Shown in pieces: positions 1 through 13,130 of a stretch of DNA of 64,000 nucleotides (position 1 is its first letter; every line of letters begins with the position of its first letter). A program made the translations under genes and the position numbers. Location: the NCBI GenBank assembly GCA_037447605.1, contig CM074816.1, positions 2,632,525 through 2,696,524 on the forward strand. The letters run 5' to 3'. The stretch comes from Zygnema circumcarinatum SAG 698-1b (lineage: Eukaryota > Plantae > Zygnematophyceae). The notes under the pieces are model-generated. The model searched no databases and had not been told where the DNA came from. It worked only from the letters and a program-made list of their open reading frames with translations.

Positions 1-414
1 ACTTCTAGTTATCATCGGTCATTGGGAGGAGTGTAAGGTAGGATATCACCAGATGGTAGCTCGGCATAGTGACAGCAAAGGGAAAATAGGACTTAGCTTA
101 GATAAAGGTTGTGTTTTGGAAACTCACCCCAGCCAGCGATTGGCTGGGGATCGTCATTACAATGAAAGTGTCTTCTCACTGAAATCTTTGTCTGGCTGGG
201 CTGAATGGGATGTCTAAATGCTATCAGCAAGAAGACTCTTTCTCTTTCTCTCTATGCAATGGAAACTCTCTCTCTCTCTCTCTCTTACTTAGCATCTGTT
301 GCTGGAGCTGAAGAGGCAGAAAAAGCAGAACAAGACAACAAACCACACAGCAAATACAAATACTAAGCCCAGCACTAAAAGACAAACTAGCATCACTGAC
401 ATCCCATCTACTTA
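1..414 (+). repeat. Dispersed ~420-bp repeat, copy A (copy B at ~60305-60727)
   Basis: CTTCTAGTTATCATCGGTCATTGGGA...AAGAACAAGACAACAAACCACACAGCAAATACAAATACTAAGCCCAGCACTAAAAGACAAA recurs with substitutions at 60305-60727. The copy is cut by the window start. Confidence 0.8.
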
Positions 415-465
415 TCGCTGACAGTAGATCCTGAGTCTTAGCAGTGACAGTCTCTNNNNNNNNNN

Positions 466-2276
466 CGACTGTTCAACACATTCGTTCCGTATGGTTTGGC
501 TTTTCTAAATCGATCTGGACCGTCCATTGTTGCCATTTTCTTCTTTTTGTCGTACTAGGAAAATTTTCAACTTGCTACCACGTGGCTGCCGGTTAGCTAT
601 TTTTAAAAGAAAAAAATATAATATAATAAAGCCAATGAAATGTCGCCACGTGGACAACACAGTACTATAACGTCACACATTGGTCATGGATTTGATTGCA
701 GGTCCCCTTTTCGAGAAGGGCAAAATTTTGGTCAAATCAGAAGGTTTCAAATCTGACGGTCCTTTCCAGTCAAACTGGAGCTTTGACTCAGCATGGTCAA
801 AAAATCATCCACCGACGAAGACGCATTAACCCAATCCTTGGCTGCCACGTGGCACTTTGTCCTTGCTGACGAAAAATGATTGGCTGCTGTTCAAGGTAAG
901 GTACAGGGTAGTCGCGATATAGTGACCGTCGGTCCCCACTAGGGATGGATTAGTTACGACTATATAATATATATTATATTATACAACTGTGACGACTAGA
1001 TAACGGCTGATATATATTAATGGGGGCGACTATTTACAGTGTACGGATTCTGAATGTAGTGTACGATTTCGTCGGGCAGCAAAAAAAAGGTTTTTTTTGG
1101 CGAAAAATGCTGCTTCACACTTTTCAGAATAGATACAGACCTTTTTTCGTTAGATGTACGGATAGTGATTTGAAATGTACGAAGCGCGCGCGTCTACTAA
1201 GGTATAAGGGCGCAACACGTGGAGCGACATGATTGGTCGCGGCAATATATGACGTGACAAGTATGTTTGGGACCGTGACGTGACGAAACGATAGCGACAA
1301 AAGTGGAGTCCGCGGACGGCAGTCGGAAATGGCGGGGATTAAAGCTGACAGAAAAAGATAGGGCACATAACTTAGCGTGTTTCAGGAAAACTCTGTCAGT
1401 TTTTTTCCCACCATTTCCGACTGCCGTCCGCGGACTCCACTTTTGTCGCGCCTCGTTTCGTCACGTCACGGTCGCAAACATATTTGACACGTCATATGTT
1501 GTCCCGGCCAATCATGTCGCTCCACGTGTTGCGCCCTTATACCTTGTAGACGCGCGCGCTCGTACATTTCAAATCACCATCCGTACATCCGACGATAAAA
1601 GGTCTATATCTATTCTGAAAAGTGTGAAACAGCATTTTTTGGCAAAAAAAACCTTTTTTTTGCTGCCCGGCGAAATCGTACACTACATTCAGAATCCGTA
1701 CACTGTAAATAGTCGCCCCCATTAATATATATCAGCCGTTATCTAGTCGTCACAGTTGTATAATATAATATATATTATATAGTCGTAACTAATCCATCCC
1801 TAGTGGGGACCGACGGTCACTATATCGCGACTACCCTGTACCTTACCTTGAACAGCAGCCAATCATTTTTCGTCAGCAAGGACAAAGTGCCACGTGGCAG
1901 CCAAGGATTGGGTTAATGCGTCTTCGTCGGTGGATGATTTTTTGACCATGCTGAGTCAAAGCTCCAGTTTGACTGGAAAGGACCGTCAGATTTGAAACCT
2001 TCTGATTTGACCAAAATTTTGCCCTTCTCGAAAAGGGGACCTGCAATCAAATCCATGACCAATGTGTGACGTTATAGTACTGTGTTGTCCACGTGGCGAC
2101 ATTTCATTGGCTTTATTATATTATATTTTTTTCTTTTAAAAATAGCTAACCGGCAGCCACGTGGTAGCAAGTTGAAAATTTTCCTAGTACGACAAAAAGA
2201 AGAAAATGGCAACAATGGACGGTCCAGATCGATTTAGAAAAGCCAAACCATACGGAACGAATGTGTTGAACAGTCG
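466..2276. repeat. 1.8-kb palindrome (outer arms 466-1021 / 1721-2276 around a foldback element)
   Basis: 466-1021 is the reverse complement of 1721-2276 in every segment compared. The left arm starts exactly at the 10-N gap (456-465). Confidence 0.9.
1022..1720. mobile_element. Foldback/MITE-like non-autonomous DNA transposon, ~700 bp, TIR GGGGGCGACTATTTACAGTG
   Basis: Imperfect inverted arms of ~330 bp around a short loop. A second copy lies at 59043-59736. No coding capacity. Confidence 0.85.
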
Positions 2277-4203
2277 AGATTTACTGCTGGTCGAATCTAT
2301 CTGATTCCCTCCTTTGTCTTTAGAAAATACCGTACAGTCATACGATTCATATATGGCTTTTCGTATCTCAGATTCTAAGGCGACAAACTGTGTCGACATG
2401 CCAGACTGGCGTTGGTACAGATTTAGATGCAGATACGATTCTGACCGAGTCGTGACGTTGTCCTTTTGCGGTTGCGGCGGTGATCGTTTGTCGATTTACG
2501 CTGAACTTGCAATTTTTGTTTCCAAATTTGTCGTGTTTTGCCCGTCCGGGCCCCTCCACTTGCGCGCGCAATTTGCGTTTCCAAGCTTCGTTTTGTCGTC
2601 TTGTAGAGTTCCCAAAATCACGCTGCAGATGATTACAGGTTCAAGTGGGAACAAAAAAATAAATAAATAATAAAAGAGGGAACAGGTTCAAGTGGGAACA
2701 CATTTTTTCAATCCCAAGTTTAGTCGTTGTTAGAGCCTCTTCCAATGGGAATATGCCACGTAGGCAGGCTCTCCACGTGACATGTTTTCATTGGTACACC
2801 ACTCAACTTTTGTCCGTAACGGTCCGCCAAGTCAGGGCACTCTGCAAGTTGTTATCCTTTGTCGTTTTGCGCTGTCCTCGTGTACGCGTACTCAGTGACG
2901 TCATTATCGACAACCTAATGACGTCACTGTTATTCTCAAAAAATAAACTCTGCCCGCTCGCTCTAAGAAAATTTTCGTACCCTGCCCCTCCTAGTCCCCC
3001 ATCCCCAGACGCCGCGATTGTAGGGTCCAGGGCTCCGTACGCCAATTTTCAAGCCGCAAAACCTACAGCCCTAAACCCGAAATCTCGGCGCCTGAGATTA
3101 AATACGGGCCGTCAATTCCCTTCGATCTACGGCTCTCGTTTGTCTGCTCTTCCAGGCATTCTGGTGACTCAAACACACCACGTCAGCTACTGGCCACGTG
3201 GTAAATTCTCATTGGTTTTGGGAATTCCGTACATCCCAATTTATGTCGATTCTTTAATTCCGAACCGGAAAAATCGGGCCCGATTTTCCGCCCTTTCGTC
3301 GGGTCGCTACCCAGCTGTCGGTCGTCCGTTCCGTGTCGTCTCGTCCCGTTGTAGTCCAGTTAAACATAACCATTCGATGCTCATCGCCCACCCCGCCACC
3401 TTTTTTTTGTTGTACACTCGCCACGTGGTAGCCATGCACGCGCCCGCCATCAAGATCGCACGTGCGAGCCCGCGAGCCACCTGCCACGTTGCCCTTCGGC
3501 CTTTCTCCCTACACCGACAAGATTTTCTTGTCGTGTAGCTGCACTTTTTTTTTCTGACCGCGGATCCGTCGGGCAGCCACTTGCCCACCCCGAAAAAAAT
3601 GAACTGCCGCACCGCCGTACAGGCTGAGTCCCGTACCGTACCTCTCCCTAACCGCTTTCAAACCTAAATTCAACCTCCACGCTGATTCGGAACCTGTTCC
3701 GGACCGATTTCGAACCCCGGGCCAATGAGCGGCCGCGGAGGACCTTTTAGCGGCATTTGAGGGGTCGCCGTCAGACAGAACCGGTTCGGGAATTTTCGCA
3801 GTGTGAACAGACGGGGATCAGTCGTTCTTTGTGTGAACAGTCCCGTTCTGCAGGTCACTGACATGACAGCAGGCGGCCTGCTGCAGCAGGGCTCAGTCTT
3901 CAGAGCGCAGGGGGGTGGGCTGTAGAGACTCAGGTTTCTAGATTTTCTAGGTACAAAATCTAAAAAATAAAATATGGGTTTTGTAGAAGGGCCCGTTTAG
4001 GAAGTGGGATTCTTTTCGATTAGCGGAAGGACGGTCCTAGGCGTCAGGAGGGAGAGAGAGAGGGAGCAGATCTGGCGGCAAGAGGTAGGAGGCAGAGCGG
4101 TAGAGAAGGAGGGAGGGAAGGCGGAGGGAAGCTCAGTGAGAATAGGGTTCACTTCTGCGCAGTTGGAAGAGGGCTGGGGAATTTTACGGACTGAGCATCT
4201 TAG

Positions 4204-6771
4204 ATGATCTTTAGCAGCAATTCCCCGTCGCCTATGAGAATGTCACAGGGCTTAGAAGGCAGCGCAGCTTCTTCCCCCGAGGCAGCCATGGCTGCCGGAG
4301 GCTCCCCTTACATCCCAATGCAGAGCTTCAAAAGTGCGAACGCCTCCTCCTTCGCCTATGTACGGACCTCTCCCGCGTCGACACCTGTCCAGCCGCCATC
4401 TGTCGTCGCCCCGGTACCCTCCTTCCACCCTAAGCTTGTGAGGACTTTGAGGGCGATCGTGGACCGTCAGGAGGCGGTCAGCTCTGTAGGGGAGCATCAG
4501 GAGCTGCGCAAAGGGTGGAGGATGGCGCCAAGCAGCGATGAGGAAGCATCCGGAGGGGACACGTGGCGGCGGCGAGGGAAGGCGCCGCCCCTCTGTGCCA
4601 CTCCGACGGTGACAGGTGGCGACAGCCCATTGGGAGCAAGCCCCAGCCCGAGCCCGCCCCCGTCCTCGCTGGCAATCGGAGCAGGTTCTATGGCAGGTTC
4701 TATGTCAGTCCCGTTCTGGTGGAGGGAGGAGGGGGGAGGGGGAGAGGAGATGGAGCTCTCCGCTATGACCATGCTGGAGGAGAGGAGGGAGATGAAGGGC
4801 GAGAGCTTGGGAGTGGGAGACGCACAGGGAGAGGTGGGAGGGAGAGGGGGGGTCCGGCCCGCTATGATGGTGTACGAGCACATGATATATGACAGGCGGC
4901 CGTGGAAATGCCGCGAGATGGCGTGCGGGAAGTGCTTCAAAAATTGGCAGACTTTGAAAATGCATTTGAAGACCCACGATGGGAGCGAGGGGGGCTCTGC
5001 GGCGATGATGAGGGAGCACTACACGCCGGTCAGAGGGGTCTACCGGGCAGGCAAAAATAAAAAAATTCCCGTGCAGTGCTCCAAATGCAACAAAGTTTTT
5101 GTGGGTCTGTACGAGCTGAGGCGGCACTGGGGGAGGAAGCACTCGCTGGGCCCCAAGCAGCTCTCCTGCTTAAAGTGCGATAAAAAGTACCATATTGAGG
5201 TGAGATGTCGCCTCAATACTCAGCCGATACTCAGCCGCGATTTTTTTTTTTTTAGTAGGTGACGTATAGTTGTGGTAGGATTTTCTGGGGCGTATGTGGG
5301 GAATGTTTAAGGGTTGGAATGTGGGTTTTTCGGGGGGAGGGGAAAATGGAGATGGTGGGGGAGGGGTGAGGAGGGAGATAGGGAGAGGGGAAGGGGGAGG
5401 GGTTAGGGAGGTAGCGGGGATAAGTGAGGGGAGTGGGCGGAGGGAGGGAGAGGGGGGTGGAGAGGTGGGAGGGATAGGGAGAGGGAGAGGGAGACGGAGA
5501 GGGGTGGAGGGAGAGGGGTGGAGGGAGAGGGATGGAAGAGTAAGGACGTCAGAAATTTCAGGAATTACCAGAAGGAAGGTAATTTCTGGGGATGCTCTCT
5601 GTGGGTTGTTTGGGAAACTGGGGGAAGCGGAACTGGTTGTTCTCAGCTTTTGGGCACCTTTTGGGGCAAAGAAGGTGGTTGAGTATGCGGTTATTTCTTA
5701 CTTTAAACGAGTGAAACTGCTTGGGGCTAGATTTGAAAAATATACCAGAATTTCTAGAGTCACGGTACATTCTCAACCTTCTTCAAAACTTTTGCTGCGA
5801 GTTGCCCCATCATGTCTACCTTCCGGGAATGCAAAAAAAAACTCAACCCCCTCGTCGGTCCTTAGAATTTCTCAGAGCTAAAAATTTCAGAGCTAAATTC
5901 TGTTTTCTCCTTTTTTTCTGGGCAGGCCGACCTCCGGGAACACCAAAAAGCCTGCGGCGAAAAATTTCACTGCCCGATTTGCGGCGGCTCATTCATCTAT
6001 CCGTGCAACTTCGCTCAGCACATGAAAACCCGTCCAGACTGCATGGCAGGAATCAAGAACCTTCCTGGAAATTCCGCCGCGCTGCTCCCTCTCTCCGGCC
6101 TCTCCCCCGACGAATACGACAAGTTTCCCACATGGGACGTCAGTAGAACGGCGGCCTCCGGCGTCAGTTCAACGGATTTCTGGAAACATTTGGCGAATGG
6201 AACTGTTGTGGACTCATCCCTTGTAGCCGTTACTCCGAACCTCGATTTTGGGTCGAGAATTCAAAAAATTTCGAGGCAAAACCTTGAAGATAGTCCGGCC
6301 GGCAGCCATGGCCAAAGCTCGAGCTATTCTGCGGGAGAGTCTCCCGCAGACAGTCCAGGTGGCAGCCCACGGTGCAGCGGAAACTGGACAGGTGGCAACC
6401 CCTCATTGGTCCTCGGCGGCGACCTGAAACGGAAGAGAGAAGCCACAGTTTTCGGGAAAGCAAAGATCGCGGTCGCTGGGATCGCCGTTCCGTCGTCGCA
6501 GAACAAACTGTTGAACGGATTTCCGTCACATAGAGAGCGAAGTCACAGCATGATGGCGGCGCCTATCACATGGGGTCAAGCAGTTTTGGAATCTTCTGGA
6601 AGTCTCGCTTTGCCGAGTTGTACGGATCAGAAGGAGACTCTCCCTCCCCGTAGTTTAAGTGATACAGCTTTAATGACATTTGGAGGAAATCTTTTAAGGG
6701 GTCCGTCCTTTAATGGGTCTCCCCTCTCACTAGAGGAGGGGGAGGGGGGGGGGCAGGGAGGTCACAATTAG
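4204..6771 (+). CDS. C2H2 zinc-finger transcription factor, STOP1/WIP/IDD (A1)-like four-finger array; exons 4204-5199 and 5926-6771
   Basis: Fingers CREMACGKCFKNWQTLKMHLKTH and CSKCNKVFVGLYELRRHWGRKH. The GT-AG intron (GAG|GTGAG ... GGCAG|GCC) joins CLKCDKKYHIE to ADLREHQKACGEKFHCPICGGSF in frame with ORF 6022-6771. The start codon is uncertain. Confidence 0.85.
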
Positions 6772-7919
6772 GGTTTGCGTCTCCGATTTTGGGGACTCCG
6801 AGCATTTGAAAAAATTTGAAGGGGTGGGTGTGTCTCGGTGGGGAGGGACACGTGGCGGCTTCACAAGTTTTTCCGCCACGTCATCGAGACGGAGGGGGGG
6901 CGGTCTGTCTGCTGTTGTTCCGTTGATGGCGACGCTGTACTGTGACATGTGTAACTTTTATTCTCCAGTGCATGACTGGGATGTTGTGGAATACTTGTAT
7001 TTTAGACAGACTTAGGGAGGATAGGAAGAGAGAGAGATAGAGAGATAGAGAGAGAGGGAGGGAGAGAGAGAGAGCCCAAATGGGCGGCCGCGCTCTCTGT
7101 GAAGGTCCTTCGGTGTAGCAGTATTGAGGAAGTGAGAAGGAGCCAATAGTCACAGGGAGGGAGGGTGAGAGGGAGGCGCAGCAGTAATAAGGAGAGAAAG
7201 GAGAGGCGGAGGGAAGGGGGGAGGGTCCCCGAGGAAGGAAAGGTTTTTTTTTTTTTCTACATCACCAAAAACCTGTCTCAGAAGGTAATATTTTTTACTC
7301 GCCCTTTTCTTCATCAATGCCTTTTATTTCTTTTTTTTTTTTTTTTTTTTTGTACTTTTTTCTTTTGAAGCAATGGAGACTGGTTTGGTTTATTACATTG
7401 TGTTTCTTTTGGGGGGCCAGGATTGAAAATCTCCAAAAGGTGGCTAGGTTTTGCCACGTGTCGAAGGCACAAGTTCGCTGTATCAGTTCAGTTTCCTGGA
7501 ACAGTTCCATGCGCCGATTTACCTGTCAGTTACTTTTTAACGGATCGGTAACGGAAAGACTGTCATGGAGAACGGATTTCGTTATCTGTAACAGGATGGA
7601 GAGCATGGAACAATAAGTTCTGAGAGTGCCAAAATGGCTGCGCAGAAATTTGTATTCGGTCAAACATTTGTGGGTTTTAGAGACCTTTTTTTTCGGCTCC
7701 CCACCTCTTTTTTACTTTTTTTTTTTTTTTTTTTTTTCGTTTTTCAATTTTAGCAGTTTCGTTTCGATTCATTTGGGAAAGCCCCAATTTGTGTTTCTAT
7801 TACCGTTCATTGTAGGAGGGAAGCCGGGTTCCATGTGTAACGCTGTTGAGCTGGCAGTCAGTTGGTAGGGGGAAACTGGTTCATGGATTCGTTGCGGAAG
7901 CGTTTAAGAAGAGCGTTCG

Positions 7920-9350
<1,431 letters not shown>

Positions 9351-10782
9351 GTCATTTCTTGATTTATTTTTTGCTTTGAATGGTGACCAGCAGCTGAAGC
9401 TCGTTCAACCCATGCCTTCCATCTTTGGTCGTTTTGGCCTTTCGCCATTGGTTAGTCATGTCCAAACTAGAGGCCCCTCTCGTCTTCTGGTCACTTTGGT
9501 CAACTCGAGTGACTAAAGCCCTCCAAGGACTCTTTAGCAGATTTCTGGCCGAAGGACCGAAGGACGTTCGTCGCACGTGCGAACGGGATTAGGGTTTTGG
9601 CGAGTCTCTCAGAATGCGGCAAAATCCCCGAGGCCGAGGGGTAACCATTTTGTGATTTTTATTTTCTGATGTACAGTATCTGGTAAAATGCTGCCCGAGC
9701 GGTCGAATCTTTTCCCATTAAAAAATAAAAATAAAAAGAATAACTACACAATTTATCCTATGACAGTATTTTTCTTTCGTATTTTTTCCCGCTCCGTGGC
9801 GGTAAGTGGCAGTAATTTAACGCACGGAGGATGACGAGCCACGTGGCAGGCTGAATGTCGTGTGCTGACTGTCGTGTCACGCTGACGTGCCACGTGAGAG
9901 CGTCTCCGGAGTTTGCGGTTGAATTTGGCCAATCACCGACCAGTGAACTGGAGATGCCACGGTCTGATTGGTCGAACTGCGCGCAGTACTTCCAAAACTG
10001 TCGGAGTCTGTCAGAGTTTCCAAGAGCGGGACAAAACAATTCGTCTTTTCTGAATTTGTCGGAAAAAGCGAAAAAGACAAGAACAATTCTGCAAGTTGAT
10101 TGGTTGCCAAAGGAAACGGAGCAACGTGATTGGTTCACGTGTATCCTTGTTTTTTTTATGATTTGAAATTTGGAATTTGAATTTTAATTTGTTGGGATAT
10201 TTGGCGCCAATCATTTGGACAAGGAACCGCCCAACGTCTCAGAACAGAATTGGAAGCGTCTAAACCGACAAACTTTATGTCGGTCAAAATTGTCCTTTTT
10301 AAAGAGATCTGTCGGTGGCCGACAATATCCCGTGGGAGCTTCGCTAAAAAGCTGCCAGTTGGCGCCCTGTCGTTTGGGAACTGAAGCGCAAAACGTCAAA
10401 AAAAATCTGCCCCATCGCCGGGCAGCTTTAAATTTTGAACACTTCGAAATCGACGGCTGTGAACGAGCCACGTCAACATAATGCCTACTTTTTTTTTGAA
10501 AAAAACAAAACAAGATGCCTATACCAATTAGGTTGAGAAAAACAGAAAAAAAGTTTCAGCTAAACGTTTGAACAGGTAGATCGGATGTTTTGGACCTTGA
10601 GAATTTGAACAATACGAAAAAAAAGAGTTCAACAGTTCAATACTTTCGCTACACATGTGAGTTTCAAATTTGGCCACGTAAAATTCAAAGCAGTCTGAGG
10701 GATTTCCTTACAGTACTTGTATCTCCGGCCAATTTTTTTCCGTACGATTTTTTCCCGCCAGATCAACGATCACCGTACGGTA

Positions 10783-11125
10783 CAAATAGATTCCACCACC
10801 GTACGGTTACGGAAACCAGAAACGGGTCCACCGCTTTGCGATTTTCCAAAATCTCATTGTTGCTCGGTGGATACAAAAGAACGGCGGGGGATTGGCATTG
10901 ATCTCACGATGGACAGCCCTGCTCTGAACCTTCGCCCTAAATCTGAACCCAATTCGGCCCTTAACCCTAAAACCGGAAGGTTCGAAGCCTGCTCTGAACC
11001 CCGGTGGTTTAACCCAATTGTTGATCTCATGCTTGTCGAAGAGCGTTGATCTGATGCCCAAGGGATCAACGACCAGTTCAATTCCGTACGGTTCTTTGCG
11101 TAAACCGTTATTTGGTCGTTTATTT
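10783..11125 (+). repeat. Partial copy of a MITE-like dispersed repeat (fuller copy at ~33660-34342)
   Basis: AGATTCCACCACCGTACGG...GGGTCCACCGCTTTGCGATTTTCCAAAATCTCATTGTTG is shared, near-identically, with 33662-34000. Confidence 0.85.
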
Positions 11126-11509
11126 TACTTCACCGTACTAATCATAGTTTGCCACGTCAAAAACGAGCACGCGGCAGATAGTGATTGGTTCAGGCTGTAT
11201 ACGGTATTTCGACTTTCCACTAAGCTGCGGCCGTATGACTTTTGTACCAACCTTTGAGGCCACTTTTGTGGGACACGTGGGCGTGTGCCATTCGCTGGGA
11301 CAGAGCCCGGCTGCTGATCGAACGGTGATCTGCCATGTTGCGATCTGCACGAGAATCGACGGCGGAGATTCACTGCACGTGTGAAGGACGGCCACCCGCG
11401 AACGATCTCGTGTAGGACGGATCTTCCGCTCCGAGCGGATTCGGGCAGGCCGATAGTTTTTTCTTTGAAAAGAAAATAAGGGGGACAATCTGCCTTATCG
11501 TGTGTAGAC

Positions 11510-11906
11510 TAGGGATGGATTAATTACGACTATATAATATATATTATATTATACAACTGTGACGACTAGATAACGGCTGATATATATTACTTTACAACGC
11601 CTTTACAACATGTACGGGTCGACGGCGTATGGTCGCATGGTGACTGTACCGCATTATGCAAGATTTAACGCACGCCCAGCACACCTGTTATCGTGAAAGG
11701 GATCCAGACGTATTTTTCGGGTAACGCCAACGCCAAAACGACCCACTTTGGTATGGTACCAATCGCGACGAGTACAGTTGTTAATTGTTCAAAACGAATG
11801 GGTATAATATATATAATAAAGTCTTTTACTTTATAATATATTACTACTTTTAAACCCGTTGTAAAGTATATAATGTATTCGGAATTTATAACGCGGGCCA
11901 TCCCTA
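11510..11906 (+). mobile_element. hAT-superfamily MITE, 397 bp
   Basis: TIRs TAGGGATGG...CCATCCCTA resemble the maize Ac/Ds TAGGGATG terminus. The 8-bp TSD GTGTAGAC is at 11502-11509 and 11907-11914. Confidence 0.92.
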
Positions 11907-11932
11907 GTGTAGACAAAAGAGGTGTGCGAATT

Positions 11933-12708
11933 GCACACGGGGGCGAACGCATTTTGGCTCATAATGTTGTGCGCGATGCGATTGCTGCGGTGGCTCAAGA
12001 AGCTAACTACCTTGTGCGACGGGAGCCGAGCCACCTGGTGTCCCCATCGCCCCACTATTCGCGGGCGCAGCCGCCGAGTTCAGCCCCGACGGCTCTTATG
12101 GATGGTGCCCGGGCGCATTTTGTGATATTGTGTTGGCCGCATCCAAACCGGCCGATGACATTGTCACGCAGCACATCATGAAGGCGTGTTGCTCAAGGAC
12201 ATGCGCCCCTCGCATGAGCCGCATATGCTCACCGCGGATGCAGCCCACGAAGCTTGTTCCCTATGGCTATTGGTGATTTTGGCTGCCTCGACACCGCTTG
12301 GGATTACCTTCCTTCGCCAGTGCGCCATCGGCCCTTTTCAAGATGCACGGCCCGAAGCCCTCCTCCGCGTATCTTGGCTACCTTTTATCGACAACGTATT
12401 TCGCTGCCCTTCGGGCCGTTGCTCGCTTCTACGCCATACTTCTCGGCGTATGCTGCAGTTGTTGGTGACCGTGAAAGCGGATCTCCTCACGCTTCCTCCT
12501 CGCGACGCGTTCCTCACATCGGGTGACCTTCACAAGCTGCTTCTAGGGCTGCGCTTGTTGTGCCTAGGGCGAAGTTTTCCCGCCTCCTAGCTTGCTCTTT
12601 ATTGTGTTTCGGTCCTTTGTGACCAGTCCTTCGTGGTTCCACATTTTGCCTTTATCCATGTAAATTTGATGGCCTCGCCATCGCGAGTTTAATGAAAGTT
12701 TGCGTTAC
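11933..12708 (+). mobile_element. 5'-truncated CRE-clade non-LTR retrotransposon (decayed restriction-like endonuclease region plus 3' end)
   Basis: Translation HGGERILAHNVVRDAIAAVAQEANYLVRREP. Homologous to 32715-33505. The 12-bp TSD GGTGTGCGAATT is at 11921-11932 and 12709-12720. Confidence 0.8.
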
Positions 12709-13130
12709 GGTGTGCGAATTAGAATTTTCCTATCGACAAATTGCGTCAGATATCTACTTGATCGTACACAGGCTCACTTGGTTCGTACACACCTACTGTA
12801 CCTACAGTAGGGATGGCCCGCGTTATAAATTCCGAATACATTATATACTTTACAATGGGTTTAAAAGTAGTAATATATTATAAAGTAAAAGACTTTATTA
12901 TATATATTATACCCACTCGTTTTGAACAATTAACGACCGTACGACCGTACGACTATACTTTACAATGGGTTTAAAAGTAGTAATATATTATAAAGTAAAA
13001 GACTTTATTATATATATTATACCCACTCGTTTTGAACAATTAACGACCGTACGGTCGTACGGTCGTACCATACCAAAATTAGGTCGTTTTGGCGTTGGCG
13101 TTGCGAAATGCGTCCGTCTGGTTCACTCTG

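Noticed and set aside
570-3500. Many CCACGTGG G-boxes as regulatory sites
   Set aside because: The motif is abundant throughout repeats in this window, so individual occurrences are not informative.
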